From Adineta vaga (lineage: Eukaryota; Animalia; Rotifera), in the NCBI GenBank assembly GCA_021613535.1, contig CP075497.1, forward strand, positions 3,100,001 to 3,164,000: a stretch of 64,000 bases of DNA, in the 5' to 3' direction. The notes beneath the pieces are model-generated. The model ran no database searches. It saw only the letters and a list, made by a program, of their open reading frames with translations, and was not told where the DNA came from. Both the position numbers and the translations under genes were made by a program. This document shows positions 13,784 through 25,193 of this stretch, piece after piece (the first letter of the stretch is position 1; each line of letters begins with the position of its first letter).

Positions 13784-15852
13784 ATGTATCGACAATTACT
13801 ATTATTTTTGAATTTATGTACGATTGTATTGGGTTGGTATGCATGTCCGTTCACGGATGGTTCGATAAATAAAACTGTATGGAACAATGTGATAATTCAA
13901 GCTGAATGTATGTTTTTAACGAGTCCACTTGAATGGAATGGATTCAATCCAAATACATTCGATGGTACGATTTACAATAAGACGAGAAATATTTCCGTGA
14001 CAGATATTCATATGAAACGTTTATTCTTTTCAAAACTTCCACCACAAGGAAGTTCATCTGTAAAGCACACAATCAATTATTGGCTAGTTAATGGTGGCGG
14101 TGGTGCTCAAGTTGGAATGGAACCATTTGGTATATCAATGTTAAAACAAATTGCCTTGAATAATTATCATATTACTTATCCTAATACACATCCAATTATG
14201 TATTTATTTCAATATCGAGGTGCAGGTATGAGTAATCCATCTATTCATTGTCATACGGCAAGAACATGGCTTGATTGTGCCACAGAATTAATCAATACAA
14301 CAGTACCATCATCACGTGAAGAATCATTGAAGATAATTCATGCTATGACAAATCAAAATATTGCACTAGATTTACAATATCAAATTCAATATGCAATCAA
14401 TCAAGCGCAGTCACCATCACAAATATCAACTTATATCTATGGATTGAGTCAAGGTAATTTTGACGAAAAGATATTAAAAAATCAGTAGAATAGAGAATTC
14501 ATAGCAAAAATAACATGATTGGTTGTGTATATTTGTAAGACCGAGAGGGATGAATAAAGAGTTTAGAATAATATTTGACATGTTAAATTTCTTTCATGCA
14601 TATAGGAACTGGTATTATTGAATATTATTTAACAATTCAATCGATTAATTCGCAAGTACAAATCATTGATGGAGTTATTCTTGACGGTGTTATGTCGGTG
14701 AAAGATTCTGATACAGGTCGAAATCAATTCAAATTTCACAATGAACGTTTTTATTTGTATTTATCAAAATGTCAACAAGATATCAAATGTTCAAAAGTAT
14801 TTCATAGTGTTACCGGAAGTGATCAAAATCTTATTAGTGTAACATTACGTTTACAAATGTTATTTTTGACAAATAAAGTAAATCCTTTATGTACGTATAA
14901 AGTTGGTTTAACGGATTGGCTACTCTTTATTCAAATTGCAAATCAAGGAATTGAAACGGTTTCTGCTCGTCCAATAACCGCGATTTTAATTGCTCGTATC
15001 TATCGATGTTCCATCGAAGATCAACGAGTCTTATCGAAAGCATTACCAATCATGATACATTTAATTGAACAATACGGACCTGGAACATTGGTTGATCCAC
15101 CTGATGCTTATCCAGGTGATGGTAGTGTTTTAAGTATTACAACAATCTGGAGTGATTATCTTGGTATGACTTTAAGTGATAGTGTGAAAACAAATGCAGA
15201 ATTTTACAATGATCTCTGTATTAATGTTACTGTTGCTAGTGAACTTTATCTAGCATCGGTTGGCCTCTTGCCACTCTGTAGTGAAACGAAAGTTTCAAAA
15301 TATAGTTACATCTTACCATCGGATTTCAAAGATGCTTTATATTCGAGAAACCCACGCTATTGGGGACAGTTTCAAGTCAATCCAAGAATTTTTCGTTCTC
15401 GTCTAGATGGAGCATTATTGTTCAATGGTGATTTAGATTACAATTCACCATTAGTAACAGCACAACAAGTTCAAGACTACTTTCAAACGCAAGAAATTCC
15501 AACAAAACTAGTAGCAATGAAAGGTTTAACACATGTTACCGCAATTCAATCCTACACAAAAAGTGGTGGATTTCAATTACCATCATGTACTGAACAAATT
15601 ATCGCACAATATCTTTATCAACGAGAATTAAATGTGAGTTTATCAAATCTAGATGATCGATGCAATTCTGAACAGACATTGGTTGGTATTGATTGGTTCT
15701 ATCAAGATGCAACAGTTAATAGTACATTATATATGTTGTTTGGTAATACGACATATGATTATTGGGGAATTACTTCTGGCAATCAATCCAATAGACTTAA
15801 CGTAACATTTTCACTTAGTTTTTTATCTATACTATTTTTTTTATTGGTATAA
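13784..15852 (+). CDS. Secreted, probably GPI-anchored alpha/beta-hydrolase (peptidase S33 / TAP-like); 2 exons, intron 14454-14605
   Basis: Signal peptide, oxyanion loop NGGGG, nucleophile YGLSQG|T (GxSxG), GVILDGV, acid motif LLFNGDLDYNSP, His motif GLTH, hydrophobic C-terminal tail. Confidence 0.8.
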
Positions 15853-16210
15853 AATAATTGATTTGCTACTATCAATTCGGTAGTTTCGAACGGTGATCAA
15901 GTATTGATATATCTGATAAATCGGATGTTATCATGAGTTAAGTAAAGTATTTATACATCAATTTAAAGAATAAACATCGCATGTCCTGAATAGCAAGATG
16001 AATATCTGTCCTTTTTTTATTATTTTCTTTCAATAAATCTTCAATTGTCTATTATGTGCATGAAATTGATCTCGTTTCTCGAAAGATCAGTTACTCCTAT
16101 GTCGTATTACGTACGTAATGAAACAAAAACAAAAGAAGAAAAGTAGCCAAAATACTTAGTAAGAAGAACGTAAACAAAAGTCATAAACAAAGAATAAATG
16201 AAATAAATCA

Positions 16211-17281
16211 TCAAACTGATTCCTTCATTAATGAAATAAATGAATGTAAGCCATTTTCATTCTCAGTTTTATCCATCATTGCTTCCAAATCTGATAACCA
16301 ACTAGATGAATATTGTCGAAAATAATGTACATGTTCCGTAGCGAATGTCAGAAACCATTGATCAGGAATCATTCCTATTGAATAGGATTCCATATTTTCA
16401 CGACTGTTTGTGCAAATAATTTTTATATAAGTATCTTCAGCAGAACGTTTGGCGTCCATATATGTACATGGAGATAGTCGATAGATAATATCAATAATGT
16501 GTAATTTTTCGCATGTTGTCAATGGAGGAAAAATGATCTAGAAGATAATGAATGATCGATAGAAATATGGAAGAAAAATTGTTTACTTGTTGAGAATTTG
16601 TCTTTTGAGTTAAACTACGAGTTCGTTGATTATTTCTCGATGTATTCATGGATAAAACTGGTGCTTGTTGATGTTTTACTTCAGTAAATCGTCTTCTAAA
16701 TTCTTCTACACGCATTTTATCTTCAGTATCATTTGAAATTTTCAAAAGTTCATTTGCTGTTGACCACATCAACATTATTTGTTCACTATCACCTTCTGCT
16801 ATCATCTAAATATTGAATATCCTGTCGAATCTCTAACTGAAAAAGACTAGAATATCTTCATACAAGTACTGAATAGATGATCATATCGTTTGCATCAATC
16901 CATTTTTCTGTAAATTCTTTATCCAATAAACAAACATGATACAATTGTCGATCAACTAAAACCATAAGTGAACATTTTATTTCTACTATGAATTATCTTA
17001 CTATCAAATTTCATTACAAGACCATTAATATTGAAAACAATTGCAGGAAAATATTGAGTATCTATTTGAACGATAACAATATCACCTGTTTCAAAATGAC
17101 GAAGTATTTCTATAACAAAATGTTGTATTATTTAAAATTTCTTCGTTGAAAAATTTTCTTTTTTCAAACCTTTGTGTGATTCACTTGATAAATTATCAAT
17201 ATTTTCATCATTCATTGTATTGTTATCTATCATTACTAATGGTACAAGACTATCCAAACTAGGTCGATTATTTGTCATCAT
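16211..17281 (-). CDS. Hypothetical multi-exon protein with a degenerate PWWP/Tudor-like N-terminal domain
   Basis: Exons join via GT-AG introns: FETGDIVIVQIDTQYFPAIV...YHVCLLDKEFTEKWIDANDMIIY, followed by the helical C-terminal ORFs 16491-16805 and 16211-16522. Confidence 0.55.
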
Positions 17282-17417
17282 AATTGAAATTTAATCTGAA
17301 AAAAAGATCCTCTCTCTAACAGATTACATAGACATAGCATATAGACATGTTCAGACATTTATTCACAAAAAATATTTTCTCTTTTTCATTACAATCACAA
17401 AATCTAAATGACAATCA

Positions 17418-19841
17418 TTACATATTTGTTATCTGACTATCTTCAACTTCACGTGTTGCAGGTAAATACACTTTGAAGCAATATTTATTTATTGCAAATG
17501 AACCCTATTTCGAAATATGATAAAATAAACTTTTAATCTAATAAAAATAATTTGCTTCTTTACCGGATTGATAATTGTACAATCAGCAATAGTATCTGTT
17601 ATTGATTTGAATTTATCACAAACGACAATTAAATCTGGCAATGGATATAAATGGAGTGCATGATCGTATGACCAATAGATAGGTGTCATATAAACAGGTA
17701 ATGGTGATAGATGTGCTTGAGTAATAAGTGTATGACAAAGCTACAAAAATGAATTCTTCTTCTATTGATTGAGTGGAGAATGAAACAATATCTTACATGC
17801 ATAGGTAAATTATCTGAAGGTAATTTAATACAATAGCGACAAAGTTTTTGCAAGAGATCTTCACGAAAGACGACTATTTCTTGAGTACAATATTGAATTC
17901 GAACAGGATTTGTTGCTAAATGTAAATGACGAATACGTTTTTTCAATATATCATTAATAGATGGTGGAAGTGGTGCACTGAAATAATCAAACCATATAGT
18001 TATTTTATTTATTTTGAAATGCAAAAAAAAATGGAGCAAACCGAGGATAAATTTTCGGTGCATGACGATCTTGTGGTCCAGGTACAAAAATAAAATGAGA
18101 TCGTTCACATATATCTGGATATTTTCCAACAAGTTTACCAAAAGTTTTGAAAGCATCTATGATTTAACAACGTTACCGAACTTTGGATTTCGAATGAAGA
18201 AAAACAAAACGAACCTGACAGATCATTGACATAAAGATTAGCTGTTGGTCGAGAGAGAAAATTACCACAAAAGATAAATGCAAATGGAGGTTGATCAGCA
18301 AATCCATCGAATAATTGTTCGATACGTTCCATTACCTAGAATATATATAAATATACATTGAATGTCATCGAATGCTTTTCACTTGACCTTTTTATCATCA
18401 AGCCAAACATCCGAAAGAAAGATAAATGCATCATCAGATTTCTCTTCGATTTCTTTCAGACGAATCTTTGTTTTGGCACTTTGATCATGAGGATTTCCTG
18501 TAATATTGATTTCACCAAAATATGATCTAGAAATATTGTCCAAATTCACATAACCAGAAATATCTTTCCTTATCATCAAACCTTGTATTCTGTGCTGATT
18601 CTGGTGGTGGTAAACCAATTCCTATCGATGGATGAAAGAAACAGAGAAATGTCTAGTTGTATTTAACGAATTCTGTACCTGAAACTTTAAATATACCATC
18701 ATCAATTTGTCCTTCCACAAGAACAAAACAGTTTTCAAAATAGAATCCTGGATGAAATGTCTTCAAATAGAAAAATATTTCATAAATTCATTTCGAATAG
18801 AATAGAAAACAAACACAAGCAGTACCGCATTATCTAAATTGAGTGAAATAACACCAGTTGGATCTTGTAGATCATATTTTGCCTATTCAAATTCAATAAA
18901 TATTTCTCTATATCACAGCTGATTCTATTACCTCATGTAATTGTGATAACATGCCAAGTAAAACAACTTTTTCCGATTTTGAACCAGCAGCCAATAAATG
19001 TTCGATAGTTTTCAACTAAAACGTCAATAGAATGATCAAATATTGATATTCATCGAAGTATCACTTGATATTTTTGTCCTTTATTCGTTGATGCTGATGC
19101 TAGATTGACTTGTGAAAAGACATCATGTCTTGATGTTCTCTAATTTGAATAAGAAAATAAGATTTCATTGAAAAATATGATTTTACTTGTAATAACAAAT
19201 CATATCGTTCCCAAAATACTTCAGATCGTGTACGAGCATTTCCGAATAGATCATTATCAATTTCTTTTCTACAGTGAAATAGAGAGAACCATCATCATCA
19301 TAGGAAAGTAAACATTCGTTTTTGAAAAAAATATATACTCCATAAATTTCTTCATTGTTCGTGAATAAATAAATTTTGGTATGGAAAATGCATTCAGAAC
19401 TGTGAAAAGAGCTTCACTACTAAAATATAAAAAGCAATTCAAGACTGCTCTTGATATTTATAATGATCAAACGAACTGAGAATCATTGGAAAGTTGAGCT
19501 CTTAGTTCTTGAACAACATTTATCAAAAGTGTTTTTTCAACAGTCGACGATGTTACTATTTTAGAAATGAAATAATATTCAATTTGAAAAATGAGAAGAA
19601 AAACGACACGAACAATTTCGTTTTGTCAATAAATCAATTAATTGATCGAGCCAAGAATTTAAAGAAGCTGAAGGAACCGTTGCAGCTAATTCCACTAAGA
19701 ATTGCGATGCATCACTGAATTGAAATTTGATAATAAATCTTTTCTTTCATATTCATTTGTTGTTACTTACAATTTCAAATCCAAACCACGTAAACGAAAA
19801 GCAGCTAAGACATTTGATTTCACTGAACTATCTAACGACAT
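17418..19841 (-). CDS. POLE2: DNA polymerase epsilon subunit 2 (B subunit, Dpb2)
   Basis: VLAAFRLRGLDLK N-terminus, FIFLSDVWLDD, FIFCGNF, TNPVRIQYCTQEIVVFREDL, PIYWSYDHALHLYPLPDLIV, INPG, FKVYLPATREVEDS. Confidence 0.95.
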
Positions 19842-19853
19842 GTTCACTATTTT

Positions 19854-20273
19854 CTATCTACAAACATTCTCGACATCATGACTATCAACATTATTCATGA
19901 AATTACGCGTAATGATCAATCCGTTTACATATTCTTTCATATCAAAATCATTTCCTAATTTTCGAATTAATTGAGCATCGATTCGAATAGAATCACCACC
20001 TTGTCGAATAACTCTTCCATAAACTTGAACGAATTGATCTTTTGGTACAGCTAATGAATGTAAATCAAATGATGTGCGAAGATTGCTCAGTGAAACATGT
20101 ACAGTTGATGATGATGATGATGATGATTTTCCATTGATATTGTCATCACCAACATCATCATAGATGATAAAAGTTCGTTGCATTGAATTAATTGATTGAA
20201 TACGTGCTACAATGCAAACTACATCAACAAAAGAATCGCCGAGTTCACTAATACGAAGCCATGAAGCAGCCAT
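19854..20273 (-). CDS. Small single OB-fold protein, TEN1 (CST complex)-like; RPA3 is the alternative
   Basis: About 139 aa, intronless. Pattern ISEL..VCIVARI..FIIYD..VHVSLSNLR..FVQVYGRV..IDAQLIRKL..FDMKEY..LIITRNFM resembles the TEN1/RPA14 OB fold with its C-terminal helix. Splice-acceptor AG at 20281-20282 just upstream of the ATG. Confidence 0.6.
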   Translation of the reverse strand: MAASWLRISELGDSFVDVVCIVARIQSINSMQRTFIIYDDVGDDNINGKSSSSSSSTVHVSLSNLRTSFDLHSLAVPKDQFVQVYGRVIRQGGDSIRIDAQLIRKLGNDFDMKEYVNGLIITRNFMNNVDSHDVENVCR

Positions 20274-20883
20274 AATCAATCTAGATGAAAGTGTCAGAAT
20301 ACAATCCCATCAATCGGATGAGAAGTTCTATTCCATTTATCGAAAAAGAAAACAAATCATTAGGTCGATTTTTTATGTTTTTTTTTTATTTTCGTAATTC
20401 TTTTTGTTTGTCTCAGATCGCGTTTCTCCCTCACGGTATCAAAAGAAAATGCCCAAATATCTCGGTTCCACATCGTTCAATTCCGTCATACAAAATAAAA
20501 CAAAACAAAACAAAACAATCAAGCCAACGCCCACACAGCAAACACACAAGACGATAAAACAAGCAGAAAAAAAAACGAAGAAAAAAAAGTAAAACAAACG
20601 AAACCGCACGCACATCAACTCATCGACTATTGTCGAGATAAAAAAAATGAAAATCGATTTCTATGAGTTGTCCAAGTCTAATCTAGGATCCTCACAGAAG
20701 TCAAAAAGAAAAAGAAAACAAGAAGAAGAGAGATTTCTTTTCTCACCGAGTTGGTTGGGCAAAATATACGCATACACACAGATAAATGCTGTTAGAATTG
20801 AATAATTTTTTTTCTCTCCCTTCTTCTATTGCACTTAATTTGTTCCGAAAAAGAAAAACAACTTTTTGAAGAAAATAATTTCA

Positions 20884-23061
20884 TCATTCATCACACGATT
20901 TCTTTTCATCAAATGTTGTGATACTATCTTCAGAATTTCTTATTGTACTAGAAGCAACAACAGCATCATCATTAACTGTACTGCCATTCACAATTGTCGA
21001 TGTATCATTGAGATTATTCGGCGATAGATTATTTGAAACAGAATTATGCGATTGATCGGCATTATTATTAGTAGTAGAATTACTATCTTCATTTGATACA
21101 TTTGTTGAATCACGGCTCATTTGAATAATCGATTGAATACGCCGCTGAGCGAACTGAATAAGAAGAAAAAAGTGAGCAAAAATTAAGATGAAATTCATGA
21201 CTTTACTTGACTAGCTTGAAAAGGACCAATAATTTTAACGGGCACTTCAGTAGCTGATGTTTGCTGTGAATCTTCAGGCAATTTAATAAGTATCCCGTTG
21301 ATTGTTGTAATTGACGAACCTTCATAGTGAGGAATATTTTTCACATAGACTGAAGTTAAAAAATCAATAGAATTGCTTACATTTTGTCCACCTTTACCAA
21401 CCAAACGTCCAATTAATGATGTAGGTACATAGATTTCTGCTCTTAATCGAACTTCATCATCACCAGCATAACCTGAAAAGAAATCGATTTGCATGATGAT
21501 TCAAACCATACATGAATGTAGAACCTTCTTGTCGGATTTTATCGTATATATAATATTGACTTTTCCATTGTGCTTCTGGTGTTCCTGTTATTGTTACTTG
21601 TCGATCAACTATCTTATTTTGATCCTCATGTGGACTCTGTGGACTAATCTAAGATACAAAACAAAAAACATTCTTACTGATGACAAAAGTTTTAATTCTG
21701 AGACAATCAATTACTTTGACTGTTGCATTTGAATTTTTAATAATACTTTTAATAAAAAGACCTTTACTACCAATAATAGCTCCAATCACTGTATTTGGTA
21801 CATATAAGTGTACCGTTTCAACGACTGCTGGTGCATTTGATGATAGGTGTGTAATTGATGATGGATATTGCTGTTGTGGTGGTAGATGGGAAAGTGTTCC
21901 GTTTCCATTTAATGCGACATTTCCATAGTGATGAGATGGCATTACATGACCTGTCGGTGGGTAGGACATATAATATGGTCCTGTAGTAGGAAATATTTGT
22001 GGCTAAAAATCAAAGAAATATTCTTTCATTCTTCCATCTTATCGTTTTACAAAATTAAACTTACGTAATAAGGTTGATGATATATTGCAGTTGGATGAGG
22101 TTGCTGTTCAATATATTTGTTCGATGAACCATTACTACTACTTGTTGATGTTTGTTGTATTAATGGTGGCTGTTGTTGTTGCTGTTGTTGTGTATAATGA
22201 GTAGGTAATAGAGGTTGACCACCATTAGCAGCTGCTGCCATTACTGCTTGTTGAGCGAAATGTTGTATTAATTGCTGTTGCTGCTGTTGCTGATGATATG
22301 ATGAAGTGGGAGGATTCCATGCTCTTGCGTTATCATTTTCATATGCTGAGCATAATTTTGTATAGATTGTTTCGACTGCGCGTATTTGTTGATCAAGTTC
22401 ACCTTTAATCGTTATAGTTCTTTCTACATTATATGTATTCAATTCATTAATACTTGATACTGTAATACTATGAAAGGAGAAAGAAAAATTTCTCAAAAAC
22501 AAATGATCAAAATCTGTTTCAAACAAACTTTGTCTCTGTTTCTTTTTTTATTGTATTTATTATATTACCACCTTTACCAATAATTCGACCGATAAAATTA
22601 TTATGTGCAAGAACTTTTACAACAACATCACTAGAATATATATATAATGGCATGAAATGAAGATAAAATAGATGCGTATTATCAATTACTTTGTTTTGTT
22701 CTTATTTTTTGCATCTTCATACATGATACGAAGAACTTCACGACAAGCTTGAATACAATTTTCCTGTTGACCTCGGATAACAATCACTCGCTCTTGTGTA
22801 TTTGTTGATTCATTTTTATTCACATCAACTCTATAATTAATCATATGGAAAACATTTGTCAAACTGTGAACGAAAATACTTTGCATGTGTTGATTGTTTG
22901 ATTTGTTTTACTGTTGAACCCTGTTTACCAATTATAGCTCCAACAGAATCGCTGGGTACAAGGATTCTATTAAAAAGAAAGTCTACTTATTCATTACAAA
23001 TTGAAACAAAGAACATTTACCGAAGTGGGTAATCATATGATTGTCCGTATGTATAATCCAT
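20884..23061 (-). CDS. IGF2BP: IGF2BP/Imp-family RNA-binding protein (4 KH domains, Q-rich linker, no RRMs seen)
   Basis: DYPLRILVPSDSVGAIIGKQG (KH1), KVLAHNNFIGRIIGKGG..YNVERTITIKG (KH2), ETVHLYVPNTVIGAIIGSKG (KH3), EIYVPTSLIGRLVGKGG..VKIIGPFQASQFAQRRI (KH4). Confidence 0.9.
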
Positions 23062-23784
23062 TGTTTTGTTCGAAAAATCGTTGATTGAATTAAGGAAAGT
23101 AAAAATCAATGACAGAAGGGAAAATAATCACAGTAAGATCTATATAGTTATATGATGTTGTGGATAACAAAATGGATAAAAACAAAACAAAACAGAAAAA
23201 AACACCACCACCTGTATAATCTGAAATAACTATGAAGAGAAAATACTTGCAATTGATATTCAGATATGATATAGTATAAACAACGCAAGAGTAAGTAATT
23301 ATTTTTACCTGTATAAATGATATACAAGGAGAAATAAAAAAAAAGCAAAAATAGATGTCGAACAATCATTTATGTAAACAAGCAAACAAAAAAAAATGTG
23401 TATTGAATGATTAGATTTCGATGAAAAGTATCTTTGAAAATGTTTTATTTACTATGATTCTATTCTTAAGATAAGTAAAAAGAAATTTTGATAAGAAAAT
23501 AAACTTGAAAAAATCTACAAAGATGGAGCCACTTTTCTTTTGATCATTCATGATTGGTGTGAATGATTTATCAATATAAAATGCAATAGATCAATAATAA
23601 TCAATAAACCTACACGAATGCGAAATCATTCGTGCTTGAATATTGAATATGAATGAATCAATCGAATTATTTTTGTTTACTTCTTATTGAAACATTCATT
23701 ATCAAAGTCTTTCTATTTCGAATATTAATTGGTGCTATCAAGTACGGATGAGGATGAGAACGAATATATAGATAGAAAAATGAC

Positions 23785-23947
23785 TACAAGAACCGTATAA
23801 GGATGGATGCGACCCATCCACATTCTCGCCTGGCGGTAAATGAACCGTTTCGTCCTGTAATCATGGGCGTATTTTTACGGTATTGTAAACGCGTTGTATT
23901 CTCCTTCGAAACGGTTACTATACGGACTGTACCGTTCAATCTGAGGA
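23785..23947. repeat. GC-elevated intergenic patch, possibly a decayed DNA-transposon/MITE fragment
   Basis: Local GC/CpG rise with repeated acgg/ccgt words, ending tacggactgtaccgttcaatctgagg. No TIR pair or TSD found. Confidence 0.25.
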
Positions 23948-25193
23948 ATAGTCTTCTTATTTTAGTCTATTGCTTTATTTTTGTAACATCGTCAGCATCA
24001 ATAACAATAACAACAAAGAAGATGAAAATCATTCGATAACTTTTTTTGACTTCATACTAAAGTCTCGGTCAGAAATAAACATAAGCAATTCGGTTTCGCG
24101 TATAAAGCTCCTGGTGATCTGTGATGAGAACGAAAACAAGTAGTATGCAAGAAATATTTTTGTGCTCTATCCTATCATTTATCAACGAAAGCACATAAAG
24201 ACAAGCGATTTCTTCTTTTTTTTCTCAACAAATCAGCAATAAGAATATATATTGTTAGTTAGATGATATATATATTCTTATTCAAATTTGTTGATTTTGT
24301 TTCTGATTGTTGTCAAAAACGAAAATAAGTCTGCACTTCCTCTCAATGAAATCAAACCTTCGATTATCATTATATTCGAATTCAGGTAACTAATTCTTTA
24401 ACTGATATTTTATACAAACAGACTGTAGTGCAATACAATAGCGAGAATGACGAAGAAGTATCCGGGTGATTTGCTTAACATCGTTTATGATGCACCATAT
24501 GATTGGTGTATTATGAATTAGAACGTCATAAAATCGTGTAAAAAAGTTGATTTATCTCGTAATACGTCGATCGCATTGATTAATTCAGTTTTAACGTTAA
24601 CTCGTTTTTCAGTCCGTTTATGACCAAAAAAATATAAGATGAGTTAGAAAATGAATTAATCAATGTAAATGCCGTTGCTACGTAAAAATACCTATCACGA
24701 TGCTGTATTCAAGTTTACGTTAGTTCATTTTTTTCTGTCTAAGAGGTCAATTACGTCGAGAAAAATGAATCCGTTCGAAGTTCTTATTAAGTTCGAGTAG
24801 TAACTTGTTATAGTATACATCTATCTATTCCTATATAGATAGTCACGGTTCTTCTGATATTTGCTTTTATAATATAGGTTAATACTTCTCTTTACATGCG
24901 CGCGACATTAATAATGCTTCCAAAATGAATTCCTTTTTTCATTGATTGATTATTTACAGATGCGAAAAACGTTATTGGCTATCTGACGATCCAATAGAAT
25001 TGCTTTTTCTTTTTTCATCTATACGACGATACTATTATACACGATATATAAATAACAGTAAACATCAAGCGTAGGAAGAAATGTCATTTATTTAAGGGAC
25101 GCATTCTAGAATGGTTATTTATGTTATTTATCTTGTCGAATAAATGCAATGATTATTAGAATAATTTTAGATTGAAACACAATAGATATTAAT

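Noticed and set aside
273-19856. TAG reassigned to a sense codon (suggested by the in-frame TAGs at 273 and 19854)
   Set aside because: RRP5 and SRP68 end in TAG at their expected C-termini, and no other conserved exon I translated contains internal TAG or TAA.
22140-22295. PolyQ tracts as standalone repeats
   Set aside because: They are in-frame coding low-complexity linker sequence between KH2 and KH3 of IGF2BP.
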